NCBI GenBank assembly: GCA_900544025.1
Contig: UQTM01000002.1
Location: 14,723 to 78,722, forward strand
Direction: 5' to 3'
Length of the DNA stretch: 64,000 nucleotides
Origin: an uncultured Odoribacter sp.
GTDB lineage: Bacteria; Bacteroidota; Bacteroidia; Bacteroidales; Marinifilaceae
The notes beneath the pieces are model-generated. The model saw nothing but the letters and a program-made list of their open reading frames with translations. It did no database searches and had not been told where the DNA came from. This document shows positions 21,180-30,601 of this stretch, one piece after another (within the stretch, counting starts at the first letter, position 1; every line of letters begins with the position of its first letter). The translations under genes and the position numbers were made by a program.

Positions 21180-21187
21180 TATCTTTG
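21180..21187 (+). promoter_or_regulatory. Bacteroidetes -7 box TATCTTTG upstream of the NUDIX gene
   Basis: TAnnTTTG motif about 50 nt upstream of the ATG at 21237. Confidence 0.35.
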
Positions 21188-21236
21188 TTGGAAACGCACT
21201 TTATCGACAAATTGGTATATTTTAAGAGCGACAAAA

Positions 21237-21878
21237 ATGAGACCGAAACGAATCAGGACTGCATTGTATAATGTGTTGCCGGGAGAAAAAGCCCATAGCA
21301 CGATGGCTCCCCGTCCCAAAATAATTGAAGGTGTAGAGGGTATTCATCCCACGCCTCCTGTCAATAGTGCCGTGCTTGCCCTGATTATTCCCTTTGAAAA
21401 CGATCTGGCCATTCCTTTCATCAAGCGTTCCAATTTCGGAAGGTATCACCGGGGACAAATTGCTTTGCCCGGAGGCAAAATGGAAATGAGCGATGCCGAT
21501 GCCTTGCAGACCGCTTTGCGCGAATGTCACGAGGAAATCGGAGTGCCGGAAGAAAAAGTCTCTATCTTAGGAGTATTGAGCGATATTTATATCCCACTCA
21601 GTAATTATAACATCACTCCCATTGTCGGCACTACGCTGAAATTACCGGATTTTAAACTTTCGGAAAACGAAGTGGAAAAGGTAATCATGGTGAAGCTTTG
21701 CGATCTTTTCGACGATCAAAACAAAGCCACTACCACGTTTTTACGTAATGGTCATGAGATTATAGCTCCCGGTTATAAAATCGGAGAAAACTTCATTTGG
21801 GGAGCAACGGCTATGATTATCGCCGAATTGGAACAATTAATGAAAACCAACACATTTAATCACTTGGGGAAGTTATGA
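21237..21878 (+). CDS. NUDIX hydrolase (CoA pyrophosphatase NudL-like)
   Basis: Nudix box LPGGKMEMSDADALQTALRECHEEIGV (GX5EX7REUXEEXGU). Confidence 0.85.
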   Translation: MRPKRIRTALYNVLPGEKAHSTMAPRPKIIEGVEGIHPTPPVNSAVLALIIPFENDLAIPFIKRSNFGRYHRGQIALPGGKMEMSDADALQTALRECHEEIGVPEEKVSILGVLSDIYIPLSNYNITPIVGTTLKLPDFKLSENEVEKVIMVKLCDLFDDQNKATTTFLRNGHEIIAPGYKIGENFIWGATAMIIAELEQLMKTNTFNHLGKL

Positions 21879-22652
21879 TTTTCGTTTCCGGCATACCCAA
21901 TAAACCGGATGATAGGTTAAAGGATACCCTTTTTTATCTGTATTCCAATACGAAGAATATTTCCGGACAAATCGATCCATCTGTCCTTTAGTCCGTATCT
22001 GCGGTTCGGAAGTTGCATTTACCCCCGTATTCTTTATATGCCTGAGCACTTCTAAGGGTGAGTTAAAATAAAGGGTATGAACCTCTTCTTCCTCATGCAG
22101 GACTTCAAAATGCGGAGATAAAATTTCCTTCCATCCGGTAGAAGAAAGATAAGTCAGTCCCTGACCACTCACCTGGCGTAATTCTTTCAGATTATCCTGT
22201 CCGAAAGTACTGAAAACCAGAAAGCCGTCGGCAGCTAAATGACCGGAGAGTTTTTTCAACGTATTTTCCGGCCGGGAAAACCATTGAAAAGTAGAACTTG
22301 AAACAATCATTCCATACTGCCCGGCAAGAGATACCGTTTCAATATCTCCCAGGATGCAATGCTCATTGGGTATGGTACATCTATCGGCTGTTTTACGACA
22401 CATCTCCGGAACTAAATCGTTAATATACAATTTATTTATAGAGAAATCATTTAACAAAGCCGAGGTAAGCAAGCCCGTACCGCATCCGATTTCTAAAATC
22501 TTTACCGGACAAGGCCCTATATACTCCTGTAAGAGTGTACAAAGTTTAGTTACGATGCTTTTTTGTACAATAGCATTTTCATCATAACTCTCTACACTTC
22601 GCCTAAACCGGCATAGAACATCCGCCTTATCGATCATTTTAATAGTTGTCAT
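21873..22652 (-). CDS. bioC: Malonyl-ACP O-methyltransferase (BioC)
   Basis: SAM-dependent methyltransferase motif I ILEIGCGTGLLTSAL at the distal end of the biotin operon. Start set at MTTIKMIDKAD (22652), 1 nt after the bioG stop; the ORF track's longer form would begin at 22715 overlapping bioG. Confidence 0.75.
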   Translation of the reverse strand: MTTIKMIDKADVLCRFRRSVESYDENAIVQKSIVTKLCTLLQEYIGPCPVKILEIGCGTGLLTSALLNDFSINKLYINDLVPEMCRKTADRCTIPNEHCILGDIETVSLAGQYGMIVSSSTFQWFSRPENTLKKLSGHLAADGFLVFSTFGQDNLKELRQVSGQGLTYLSSTGWKEILSPHFEVLHEEEEVHTLYFNSPLEVLRHIKNTGVNATSEPQIRTKGQMDRFVRKYSSYWNTDKKGYPLTYHPVYWVCRKRKS

Positions 22653-22653
22653 T

Positions 22654-23328
22654 TTAATTTCCGGACTGTGTGAATTTAATTCCAAGAATGTGTTCCCACT
22701 CTTTAAAACCGGCAAACGGATAATGCCCTCCCGGCAGAAAAGTCACCGGGACTTTTCCTTGCCACCAATTCAACTGATTTTCTACGGGAAAGATTACATC
22801 TTTTTCCGATACATATACTTTATTCCATGAATAGCATTTTTCACACCCATAGCTTTGTTTTTCAATAAGGACAAGCTCTTCGCACTGATCTTCGAGTTCC
22901 CGGGTCGGCAAACACCCTTTCAAAAATTGCCTTTCTTCATCCGTTACGGCCATACGGGAAAAGAATTTTTCTCTTCCCCGGATATTCATTCCTTTTTCGG
23001 TCAATCGATATACTTTAACCGGAATCCCATATAAATTGTCCACAGGCCTTTCCGTACCATTCAGCGCCACAGCCCAACGGGGCCGGACATTGAAGTGGGG
23101 CACAACACACGAAGCCGCCCACACCCCCATAGACCAGGCCACAACATATACTTCCCGGTATTCCCTCAAATCGGGCAGGTTATCATGCGACAGGATACGA
23201 TAATCGTAAAACATAACCACATCGGCATCCGTTTCCAAATGGGAAACAGCAGATGCATCCATCCCCCAGCCATTGAAGAAAACAATGACCTGCCCCGCTC
23301 CTTTTTTTACCAGCCACTCTATTCGCAT
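22654..23328 (-). CDS. bioG: Pimeloyl-ACP methyl ester esterase (BioG, DUF452 alpha/beta hydrolase)
   Basis: About 220 aa protein (VIVFFNGWGMD....VAWSMGVW with a nucleophile-elbow-like SMG) sitting between bioF and bioC, exactly where BioG lies in Bacteroidetes biotin operons. Confidence 0.7.
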   Translation of the reverse strand: MRIEWLVKKGAGQVIVFFNGWGMDASAVSHLETDADVVMFYDYRILSHDNLPDLREYREVYVVAWSMGVWAASCVVPHFNVRPRWAVALNGTERPVDNLYGIPVKVYRLTEKGMNIRGREKFFSRMAVTDEERQFLKGCLPTRELEDQCEELVLIEKQSYGCEKCYSWNKVYVSEKDVIFPVENQLNWWQGKVPVTFLPGGHYPFAGFKEWEHILGIKFTQSGN

Positions 23329-23358
23329 ACTTTTAAGCTAATTTTAGAATCTATGGGA

Positions 23359-24516
23359 CTATTCCAGGCACTCTAAAAATTCAAATAAACACTCGTAATC
23401 TTCGGTAGGAATGGAAGCGTTGAGTGAAAAACGAATACGTGCTTCATTTTTCGGTACGGTAGGATACCTCACGGGCAACACGAAGAAACCGTTATCCCGG
23501 AGTAATTCCGACATCTCCACACTATTTTCATTCGAGCCGCAAATCATAGGTACGATATGCGATTCACCTTTGGTTTCGAATCCCCGTTCCTGGAGCACAC
23601 ATCGTAATTTTGCCGATATCTCTGCCAATTTTATCCTCAAATCGTAAAAATCAGGCATACGATTCAGTACAAAACGTGTCCAGGCTACATTCACCGGAGG
23701 CAAAGCCGTCGTAAAAATCAGGCTGCGCTGGGTATTGATCAGAAATTCCCGGAAAAGTCCCTCACACACCACAAAAGCTCCCATGGAAGCAAACGCTTTG
23801 CCGAAAGTTCCTACAATAAAATCGATATCTTCCGTACATGCCTGTTCTTCGCAGCAACCTAAACCGTTCGTTCCCCTCACTCCTACAGCATGAGCTTCAT
23901 CCACATACAAGAATGCGTCGAATTCCTTTTTAATTTCGCACAATTGCTGCAGATCGGCAATATCCCCGTCCATACTGAATACCGATTCGGTTACAATAAA
24001 TACATTCTCATATTTCTCCCGGTGCTGTACCAGCAAATTCCGCAAATGCTCGTAATCCGAATGGCGATAACGCACCATTTCCGCTTCACTCAGCATTAAT
24101 CCGTCGATAATACTGGCATGCACCAGTTTATCGGCCACAATCAGGTCTTTTTTTCCCGTTAGGGCGGGCAATATCCCGATATTGGCATGATAGCCGGAAT
24201 TAAACACCAGGGCAGCCTCTTTATCGTAAAGATCGGCCAAATCATTTTCCAGCATTTTATAGTATTCATGATTCCCTGAAAGCAAACGGGACGAAACAGC
24301 ACTGTAAGGTAAGGCCATGACATCGGTCTCCGCCCTGAATTCCTGGATCAAACGGGGATTGGAAGACAAACCCAAATAGTCGTTCGAAGAAAGGTTCAAC
24401 ATTTCCCGCCCTTCGTCGTGAATCAAAAAACCATTATGCTGTATATCACGCAACCAACGATAATTGCCGGCTTCTTTTATTTTATTCAGCTTACTGCTGT
24501 ATCTCTCTTTATTCAT
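23359..24516 (-). CDS. bioF: 8-amino-7-oxononanoate synthase (BioF)
   Basis: PLP-dependent alpha-oxoamine synthase features (LNLSSNDYLGLS, GTFGKAF lysine motif); 385 aa. Confidence 0.9.
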   Translation of the reverse strand: MNKERYSSKLNKIKEAGNYRWLRDIQHNGFLIHDEGREMLNLSSNDYLGLSSNPRLIQEFRAETDVMALPYSAVSSRLLSGNHEYYKMLENDLADLYDKEAALVFNSGYHANIGILPALTGKKDLIVADKLVHASIIDGLMLSEAEMVRYRHSDYEHLRNLLVQHREKYENVFIVTESVFSMDGDIADLQQLCEIKKEFDAFLYVDEAHAVGVRGTNGLGCCEEQACTEDIDFIVGTFGKAFASMGAFVVCEGLFREFLINTQRSLIFTTALPPVNVAWTRFVLNRMPDFYDLRIKLAEISAKLRCVLQERGFETKGESHIVPMICGSNENSVEMSELLRDNGFFVLPVRYPTVPKNEARIRFSLNASIPTEDYECLFEFLECLE

Positions 24517-24579
24517 GGTGTTGCAATTTATAATTCTGTAAACAAAAGTATTACAATCCGTGAGTTAAACAATATTATT

Positions 24580-25863
24580 TCATCGATTACTCCGGGTAAT
24601 TTTTAAGAGAGAAGAAGTCAGTTTATGCAACTCGTCCGGCTGAATAATATAAGGCGGCATGATATAAACCAATCTGCCGAAGGGACGAACCCAAATACCT
24701 TCTCTCGCAAATTGCTCCTGTAATACAGCCATATTTACCGGATTTTTCATTTCGATCACCCCGATCGCTCCCAAAACCCGGACATCTTCCACCGATTCAT
24801 ATTGCGTCGCAGGTGCAAGTTCCTCCGTTAATTGCCGTTCGATAGCCTTTATCTTTGCCTGCCAGTCGGCACTCAGCAACAAATCGATAGAAGCATTGGC
24901 TACCGAGCAGGCCAAAGGATTCCCCATAAAAGTGGGACCATGCATAAATACATAAGGCTCTACCGAACAAATCGTAGTTGCTACTTTTACCGTTGCCATA
25001 GTTGCAGCGAAACTCATATATCCACCGGTAATCGCTTTTCCAATGCACATAATGTCCGGGCTTATACCGGCATGCTCTACCGCCCACAACTTTCCGGTGC
25101 GTCCGAATCCTGTGGCAATTTCATCGCAAACAAGCAATACTTCGTATCGATCGCAAAGTTCACGCACTTGTTTCAGGTAATCTGCTGAATAAAACCACAT
25201 TCCGCCCGCACCTTGAACAATAGGTTCAAGGATTACAGCCGCAATGTCGTCCCGGTGCTTTTCCAGGCATTCCTGCATTTCCCGAATATCCTCTTTCCTG
25301 CATGCCTGCCCGAAACGACATTCCGGCCGGGATACAAAATATTGCACAGGCAGGTTTCCCTGAAAAATACTATGCATTCCCGTCACCGGATCGCATACCG
25401 ACATCGCATTCCACGTGTCCCCGTGGTATCCTTTGGTAATCGTCAGAAAATTCTTCTTCCCGCCCTTCCCTTTGGCATACCAGTATTGCAAAGCCATTTT
25501 CATAGCTACCTCCACTGCCACCGAACCGGAATCGCAAAAAAATATCTTATCCAATCCTGCCGGAGCTACCGATAGAATCTTATGTGCCAACTCCACCGCC
25601 GGACGGTGGGTTAAACCACCGAACATCACATGCGACATCGATTTTAATTGTTTTTCTATCGCGGCATTCAATACCGGATGATTATATCCATGAATCTGAC
25701 ACCACCACGACGACATCCCGTCGATTAGTTTCCGCCCGTCTTCCAATTCAATATAAACACCTTCCGCCCTTTTCACCGGAAAAACAGGGAGCGGATCTAT
25801 CGTAGAGGTGTACGGATGCCAAATGTGTTTCCGGTCATAGCTCAATAGTTCTTCTGTATTCAT
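24580..25863 (-). CDS. bioA: Adenosylmethionine-8-amino-7-oxononanoate aminotransferase (BioA)
   Basis: Class III aminotransferase; N-terminus [11 protein letters not shown] and size of 427 aa are typical of BioA. There is no fused BioD domain. Confidence 0.9.
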   Translation of the reverse strand: MNTEELLSYDRKHIWHPYTSTIDPLPVFPVKRAEGVYIELEDGRKLIDGMSSWWCQIHGYNHPVLNAAIEKQLKSMSHVMFGGLTHRPAVELAHKILSVAPAGLDKIFFCDSGSVAVEVAMKMALQYWYAKGKGGKKNFLTITKGYHGDTWNAMSVCDPVTGMHSIFQGNLPVQYFVSRPECRFGQACRKEDIREMQECLEKHRDDIAAVILEPIVQGAGGMWFYSADYLKQVRELCDRYEVLLVCDEIATGFGRTGKLWAVEHAGISPDIMCIGKAITGGYMSFAATMATVKVATTICSVEPYVFMHGPTFMGNPLACSVANASIDLLLSADWQAKIKAIERQLTEELAPATQYESVEDVRVLGAIGVIEMKNPVNMAVLQEQFAREGIWVRPFGRLVYIMPPYIIQPDELHKLTSSLLKITRSNR

Positions 25864-25874
25864 ATTTTTACGTT

Positions 25875-26834
25875 TTATTCGATGGTAAATCCGAGTTCCT
25901 GTACTTTCGCCATGTCTTCCTTCACTTTAGATCCTACGGTTGTCAGCAAATCGCCTACAATTGCGGCATTTATGCCCGCTCCGATAGCGGCGCTTTCGAT
26001 ATGGGCAATAAGCAACCGCCCGCCAGCAAAACGCAGCCAGGCATCCGGATTGATAAAGCGAAACAAAGCTATCGTTGTCAATATTTCGTCATCCGACAGA
26101 GGAAGGGTCCCCTCCAACGGTGTTCCGGGAATGGGATTCAATATATTGATAGGTATCGACTTTATCTTTAAGTCGCACAACATAAAAGCCAGTGATATAC
26201 GATCTTCCATACTTTCTCCCATTCCAATAATACCTCCGGAACAAATTTCCATTCCCACTTCCCGGGCAGCCCGGATGGTTTCCAGTTTATCTTCCGTCGT
26301 ATGAGTAGAGCAAAGCGACGGAAAAAAATCTGCCGACGATTCCAAATTGCAATGGTAGCGGGTTATACCTGCGTCTATTAACTTTTGGAGCTGAGCTTTA
26401 TTCAATAAACCCATAGAAGCACATAACTTTATCCCCGTTTCCTGCCCGATTTTCCGCGCATAATGGCAGAGCATATCGATATTCCGGTCAGACAAGGCCT
26501 TACCACTGGTAACAAACGAAAATTTATTTACCTTATATTCAGCATTCAAATGAGCCAGTTCCAGACAGGTTTTCTCGTCCACCAATTCATATTCCTCGAT
26601 CCGGGTTTTAAACCGGGCAGACTGTGCACACCATTTACAATCTTCAGAACATCTGCCCGAACGTGCATTGACGATAGAGCAGGTATCGAACCGCTTCCCC
26701 ATTTTATGGTCCCGTATTTCTCCGGCGGCTTTATATAATTCCTGCTTAGGCACTTGCCATGCAAGGAACAGTGCCTCTTCGCGGGAAATTCGCCCACCTC
26801 TCAATACTTTTTCTTTTAAAATTCCAATCTCCAT
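25875..26834 (-). CDS. bioB: Biotin synthase (BioB, radical SAM)
   Basis: Radical SAM cluster CSEDCKWC plus downstream Cys for the 2Fe-2S cluster; 319 aa. Confidence 0.9.
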   Translation of the reverse strand: MEIGILKEKVLRGGRISREEALFLAWQVPKQELYKAAGEIRDHKMGKRFDTCSIVNARSGRCSEDCKWCAQSARFKTRIEEYELVDEKTCLELAHLNAEYKVNKFSFVTSGKALSDRNIDMLCHYARKIGQETGIKLCASMGLLNKAQLQKLIDAGITRYHCNLESSADFFPSLCSTHTTEDKLETIRAAREVGMEICSGGIIGMGESMEDRISLAFMLCDLKIKSIPINILNPIPGTPLEGTLPLSDDEILTTIALFRFINPDAWLRFAGGRLLIAHIESAAIGAGINAAIVGDLLTTVGSKVKEDMAKVQELGFTIE

Positions 26835-27316
26835 ATCCTAAAATTAAAAAGGGACATACAGCCTTTCAGCTATACATCCCTATCTTTCTATTTTCAATGA
26901 TTCTATCCGATGCAACAGGGCATACCTCTCCCCCGATCTCTCCGGAAATTCTTTCTATTCCACAAATTTCCAGTAATGCAGTGCATAATTCCACGGTGTG
27001 TGCCGTATTTACAATCACTCCGTTATGCGAAGATTTCAGAAGTATATTCTCATACATAGAAAGAGCCAGCCGTGAAATTCGCACTTCACGCCCTATGCTG
27101 CAAAATATGGAATATCCTTTTTGGCTCCAGCTGGAAAAATAAAGGCAACATCGCTGTAATGTTATCCGACGCATTATCCTGTTTTTTTACAGTGCCAAAT
27201 TACGAAAAAACTTTTCTTTCTTCCATATTCGGAAGAATATTATTACGAATGTCTTATAAATGTTGCACAATCTGTTATTTTTCACGATTTTTGCTAACCA
27301 AACATTTTTAATCGCC

Positions 27317-29179
27317 ATGAGATATATTTCTTACTTTCTACTTGCTTTTGCCTTACTCGCTTCGCCCGTGACCCAAGGCAAAATTTATCATCTGCGTAAT
27401 TATGGGCTCCAGCCCGGAAGTGACCGAAACACAACATCCGTTCTCGCTGCGGCCCTGCAAAGAATAATTGCGGAAAATCCCACAGACAGCCGGTATGTTA
27501 TTAAATTCCCGAAAGGAAAGTATAACTTTTTTCCAACCCAGGAAATGGAAAAAGTATATTACATTTCCAATCACGACCAGGATAATCCTAAAAATGTGGG
27601 GATTGCCATCGAGGGGATGAAAAATATCGTATTCGACGGGCAGGGATCGGAATTTATTTTTCATGGCAGGATGCTTCCCCTAAGCATTGTCGATTGTAAA
27701 AATTGCACGTTCAAAAATTTTTCCATCGATTTTGCCAATCCCCATATCACCCAATTCAAGATCGTTGCCAACGATCCGGAAGCCAAAAAAATCACTCTTG
27801 AAGTGGCTCCCTGGGTGAAATATAAAATAGAGAACGGCGTATTCGTTGCTTATGGGGAAGGCTGGCAGCACACCCCGCAAGCCTGTATCGCTTTCGAGGG
27901 AGATACAAAACATGTGGTATATAATACCAGCGATTTAGGAATAAATATACGGCAGGTGAAAGAAATCGCTCCGCGCACAATCGTGGCTGAAAATTGGCAA
28001 CAACCGAAATTAAAGCCGGGAACCGTGATTGCAGCCCGCACCTGGCATCGCCCGACACCGGGAATCTTTATGTATCGTTCCGACGATACCCGTTTGGAAA
28101 ATATCAGGGTACATTATGCAGAGGGTATGGGATTACTGGCACAACTTTGCGAAAACATCACTTTAGACGGTTTCGGGGTTTGCCTTAAAGGGAAAAACGA
28201 TCCGCGTTATTTCACCACCCAGGCAGACGCCACTCATTTTTCAGGCTGCAAAGGCAAGATCACATCCATCAATGGTCTCTATGAAGGGATGATGGATGAT
28301 GCCATCAATATTCACGGGACTTATCTGAAAATCACGGAGCGAATCGACGACCATACCCTTATCGGCACCTACATGCATTCCCAGAGCTGGGGTTTCGAAT
28401 GGGGACGTCCCGGCGATAAGGTGCAATTTATCAAATCTTCGACGATGGAACTCACAGAATCGGGCAACGAAATAGCGGCGATCGAACCTGTGGGACAATC
28501 CGGGACACACGGAGCCCGTTCGTTCCGGATTACGTTCACCCGGCCTATCGAAAAAATAATCACTACGCAGGAAGGTTTCGGCATCGAAAACCTGGAATGG
28601 ACTCCGGAAGTGCTTTTCGCCCACAACACCATCCGGAACAACCGCGCCCGGGGAGCTCTTTTCAGTACTCCTAAAAAAACGGTAGTTGAAAATAACTTAT
28701 TCGATCATACTTCAGGCACGGCCATTCTTTTATGCGGCGATTGCAACGGCTGGTACGAAACCGGAGCCTGCCGCGACGTTTTAATCAGGAACAACACATT
28801 TATCAACGCATTGACCAGCTTGTTCCAGTTTACTAATGCGATCATCTCCATCTATCCCGAAATACCGAACCTGAAAGAGCAGGTGAAATATTTCCACGGA
28901 GGAACGGATGTACCCGGCATCGTAATCGAGAACAATCGTTTCGAAACCTTCGATGCCCCTATCCTTTATGCAAAGTCTGTCAATAATCTTACATTTAAGA
29001 ATAATAAGATCATTCATAATCAGGCTTATCCTGCTTTCCATTGGAATAAACATCCTTTCTTTTTCGAACAGGCGACCAATGTCTCCATTTTATTTAATGA
29101 TTTTGACATTCCTTTGGACAGCCAACGGGATATTCGCCTGGAAACCAACCATACGAAATCGGTAATACAGATCAAATGA
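27317..29179 (+). CDS. Secreted right-handed parallel beta-helix glycoside hydrolase (pectate-lyase-superfamily fold; possibly GH110-like alpha-galactosidase)
   Basis: Signal peptide MRYISYFLLAFALLASPVTQG. The N-terminal segment KIYHLRNYGLQPGSDRNTTSVLAAALQRI resembles beta-helix hydrolase N-termini, and NN(x)F/IxN-type beta-helix repeats recur throughout. Start moved from 27260 to the ATG at 27317. The family assignment is tentative. Confidence 0.55.
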   Translation: MRYISYFLLAFALLASPVTQGKIYHLRNYGLQPGSDRNTTSVLAAALQRIIAENPTDSRYVIKFPKGKYNFFPTQEMEKVYYISNHDQDNPKNVGIAIEGMKNIVFDGQGSEFIFHGRMLPLSIVDCKNCTFKNFSIDFANPHITQFKIVANDPEAKKITLEVAPWVKYKIENGVFVAYGEGWQHTPQACIAFEGDTKHVVYNTSDLGINIRQVKEIAPRTIVAENWQQPKLKPGTVIAARTWHRPTPGIFMYRSDDTRLENIRVHYAEGMGLLAQLCENITLDGFGVCLKGKNDPRYFTTQADATHFSGCKGKITSINGLYEGMMDDAINIHGTYLKITERIDDHTLIGTYMHSQSWGFEWGRPGDKVQFIKSSTMELTESGNEIAAIEPVGQSGTHGARSFRITFTRPIEKIITTQEGFGIENLEWTPEVLFAHNTIRNNRARGALFSTPKKTVVENNLFDHTSGTAILLCGDCNGWYETGACRDVLIRNNTFINALTSLFQFTNAIISIYPEIPNLKEQVKYFHGGTDVPGIVIENNRFETFDAPILYAKSVNNLTFKNNKIIHNQAYPAFHWNKHPFFFEQATNVSILFNDFDIPLDSQRDIRLETNHTKSVIQIK

Positions 29180-29850
29180 AAAAAGCGATTGTACTATTAT
29201 CAGGAGGACTGGACTCTACCACAGCCCTTTATTTAGCCCAAAGCCGGGGATTCGGCGAAATATACGCCCTGACTTTTGAATATGGGCAAAAACACGATAA
29301 AGAATTGAAAAGTGCCATAGCTATTGCTAAAGCGACCGGAGTGAAAGAGCACAAGATTGTAAATCTGTCGCTCAACCAATGGAAAGGGTGTTCCCTGACG
29401 GACCAGGATATGGAAATCGGCGACGGGGACGTGAACCGTTCCGACATTCCGGCAACCTATGTTCCCGCCCGGAATATGGTATTTCTTTCTGTAGCTGCTT
29501 CCTACGCCGATGCACTGGGAATTACGGATATTTTTATCGGAGTGAGCGAAGTGGATTATTCCGGCTACGTGGATTGCCGGGAAGAATTTATCCAGGCGAT
29601 GGAAAACGCAATTAATTTAGGCACGGTGCTCGGGGCGGAGAAAAAACAAAAAATAACCCTCCATGCTCCTTTCATGCACATGACCAAAGCCGAAGAAATA
29701 AAATTAGGTGTCCGCTTAGGTGTAGATTTCGGCCTGACCTGGACATGCTACCGGGGAGACGAACATCCCTGCGGAACCTGTGACAGCTGCCTGCTGCGGG
29801 CTAAAGCTTTCGCAGAAGCAGGAGTGGAAGATCCCACCGTAAGTAAATAA
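29176..29850 (+). CDS. queC: 7-cyano-7-deazaguanine synthase (QueC)
   Basis: PP-loop SGGLDS and C-terminal Zn Cys cluster (CGTCDSC); 224 aa. Confidence 0.92.
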   Translation: MKKAIVLLSGGLDSTTALYLAQSRGFGEIYALTFEYGQKHDKELKSAIAIAKATGVKEHKIVNLSLNQWKGCSLTDQDMEIGDGDVNRSDIPATYVPARNMVFLSVAASYADALGITDIFIGVSEVDYSGYVDCREEFIQAMENAINLGTVLGAEKKQKITLHAPFMHMTKAEEIKLGVRLGVDFGLTWTCYRGDEHPCGTCDSCLLRAKAFAEAGVEDPTVSK

Positions 29851-29893
29851 AACGTATGGTGCGTTTTTCAATTTTTAGCTCTTAATTTATACC

Positions 29894-29938
29894 TGAAGTC
29901 AGACCGGAAAACAGGATTCCGGTCTGACTTCGGTTTTT
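29894..29938 (+). terminator. Rho-independent terminator after queC
   Basis: GAAGTCAGACCGGAA / TTCCGGTCTGACTTC 15 bp stem followed by GGTTTTT. Confidence 0.8.
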
Positions 29939-30022
29939 AAAAGCCAGTTCCTTATTCCGAATCCCCTCGCTCCTTGTTCAGTTTCCGGCTGTGCTGTTCT
30001 TCCCGATCTCGCTTTTTTATCT

Positions 30023-30030
30023 TATCTTTG
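30023..30030 (+). promoter_or_regulatory. Bacteroidetes -7 box TATCTTTG upstream of queD
   Basis: TAnnTTTG 26 nt before the ATG at 30056. Confidence 0.4.
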
Positions 30031-30055
30031 TAAGCCGAATCAACTTTACTAAATA

Positions 30056-30601
30056 ATGATTATTCGAAAGCTTTTTAAATTCGAAGGAGCCCATATCGTA
30101 CGAAATTGTTCTTCAGAGCATTGCCGCGAAAATATACATGGACATTCTTATATTGTCGAAGTTTTCCTGACTTCCGACAAATTGGACGACGGATATATGG
30201 TAATGGACTTTTGCCGGCTCGATAAAGTAAAACAATTCATTGAAAGTTTCGATCACAGTTACTCGTTATGGACCGGAGAATCTCAGGATTTCAAAGATTT
30301 TATATACCGTTACAATAAACGGGTGGCAGAAATTCCGGTATCTCCCTCTGCGGAAGGCTATGCCCTGATGTTCCTGAATGTAATCGATAAGATACTACAA
30401 GACACTTCTCCGGTAAACGGCGAAGGAAATGTCCGCCTATCGTCTGTGAGAGTGCACGAAACGGCAACCGGCTATGCCGAAGCATTCCGGGAAGATCTTT
30501 CCTTGGCGCATTTCAGCCCCGGGGATATTCATTTCTCGCCAGGAATTACCACAGAGTGGAAAGAACAGGAATGGTGGAATCAGCTGATCCGACGAATATG
30601 A
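30056..30601 (+). CDS. queD: 6-carboxy-5,6,7,8-tetrahydropterin synthase (QueD/PTPS family), long form with a ~60 aa C-terminal extension
   Basis: Zn-binding CxxxHGH (CRENIHGHSY) and a PTPS fold core in the first ~120 aa. It sits next to queE and its stop overlaps the queE start (ATGA). Confidence 0.75.
   Translation: MIIRKLFKFEGAHIVRNCSSEHCRENIHGHSYIVEVFLTSDKLDDGYMVMDFCRLDKVKQFIESFDHSYSLWTGESQDFKDFIYRYNKRVAEIPVSPSAEGYALMFLNVIDKILQDTSPVNGEGNVRLSSVRVHETATGYAEAFREDLSLAHFSPGDIHFSPGITTEWKEQEWWNQLIRRI

Noticed and set aside
26866-27174. 102 aa minus-strand ORF upstream of bioB, considered as a possible missing bioD
   Set aside because: It has no P-loop (GxxxxGK[ST]) or other dethiobiotin-synthetase features and its composition is typical of a non-coding AT-rich leader. 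It is probably spurious.
29941-30055. Possible preQ1 riboswitch in the queD leader
   Set aside because: I could not find the preQ1-I/II consensus. Only a -7 promoter box is evident, and Bacteroidetes que operons are not known to use preQ1 riboswitches.
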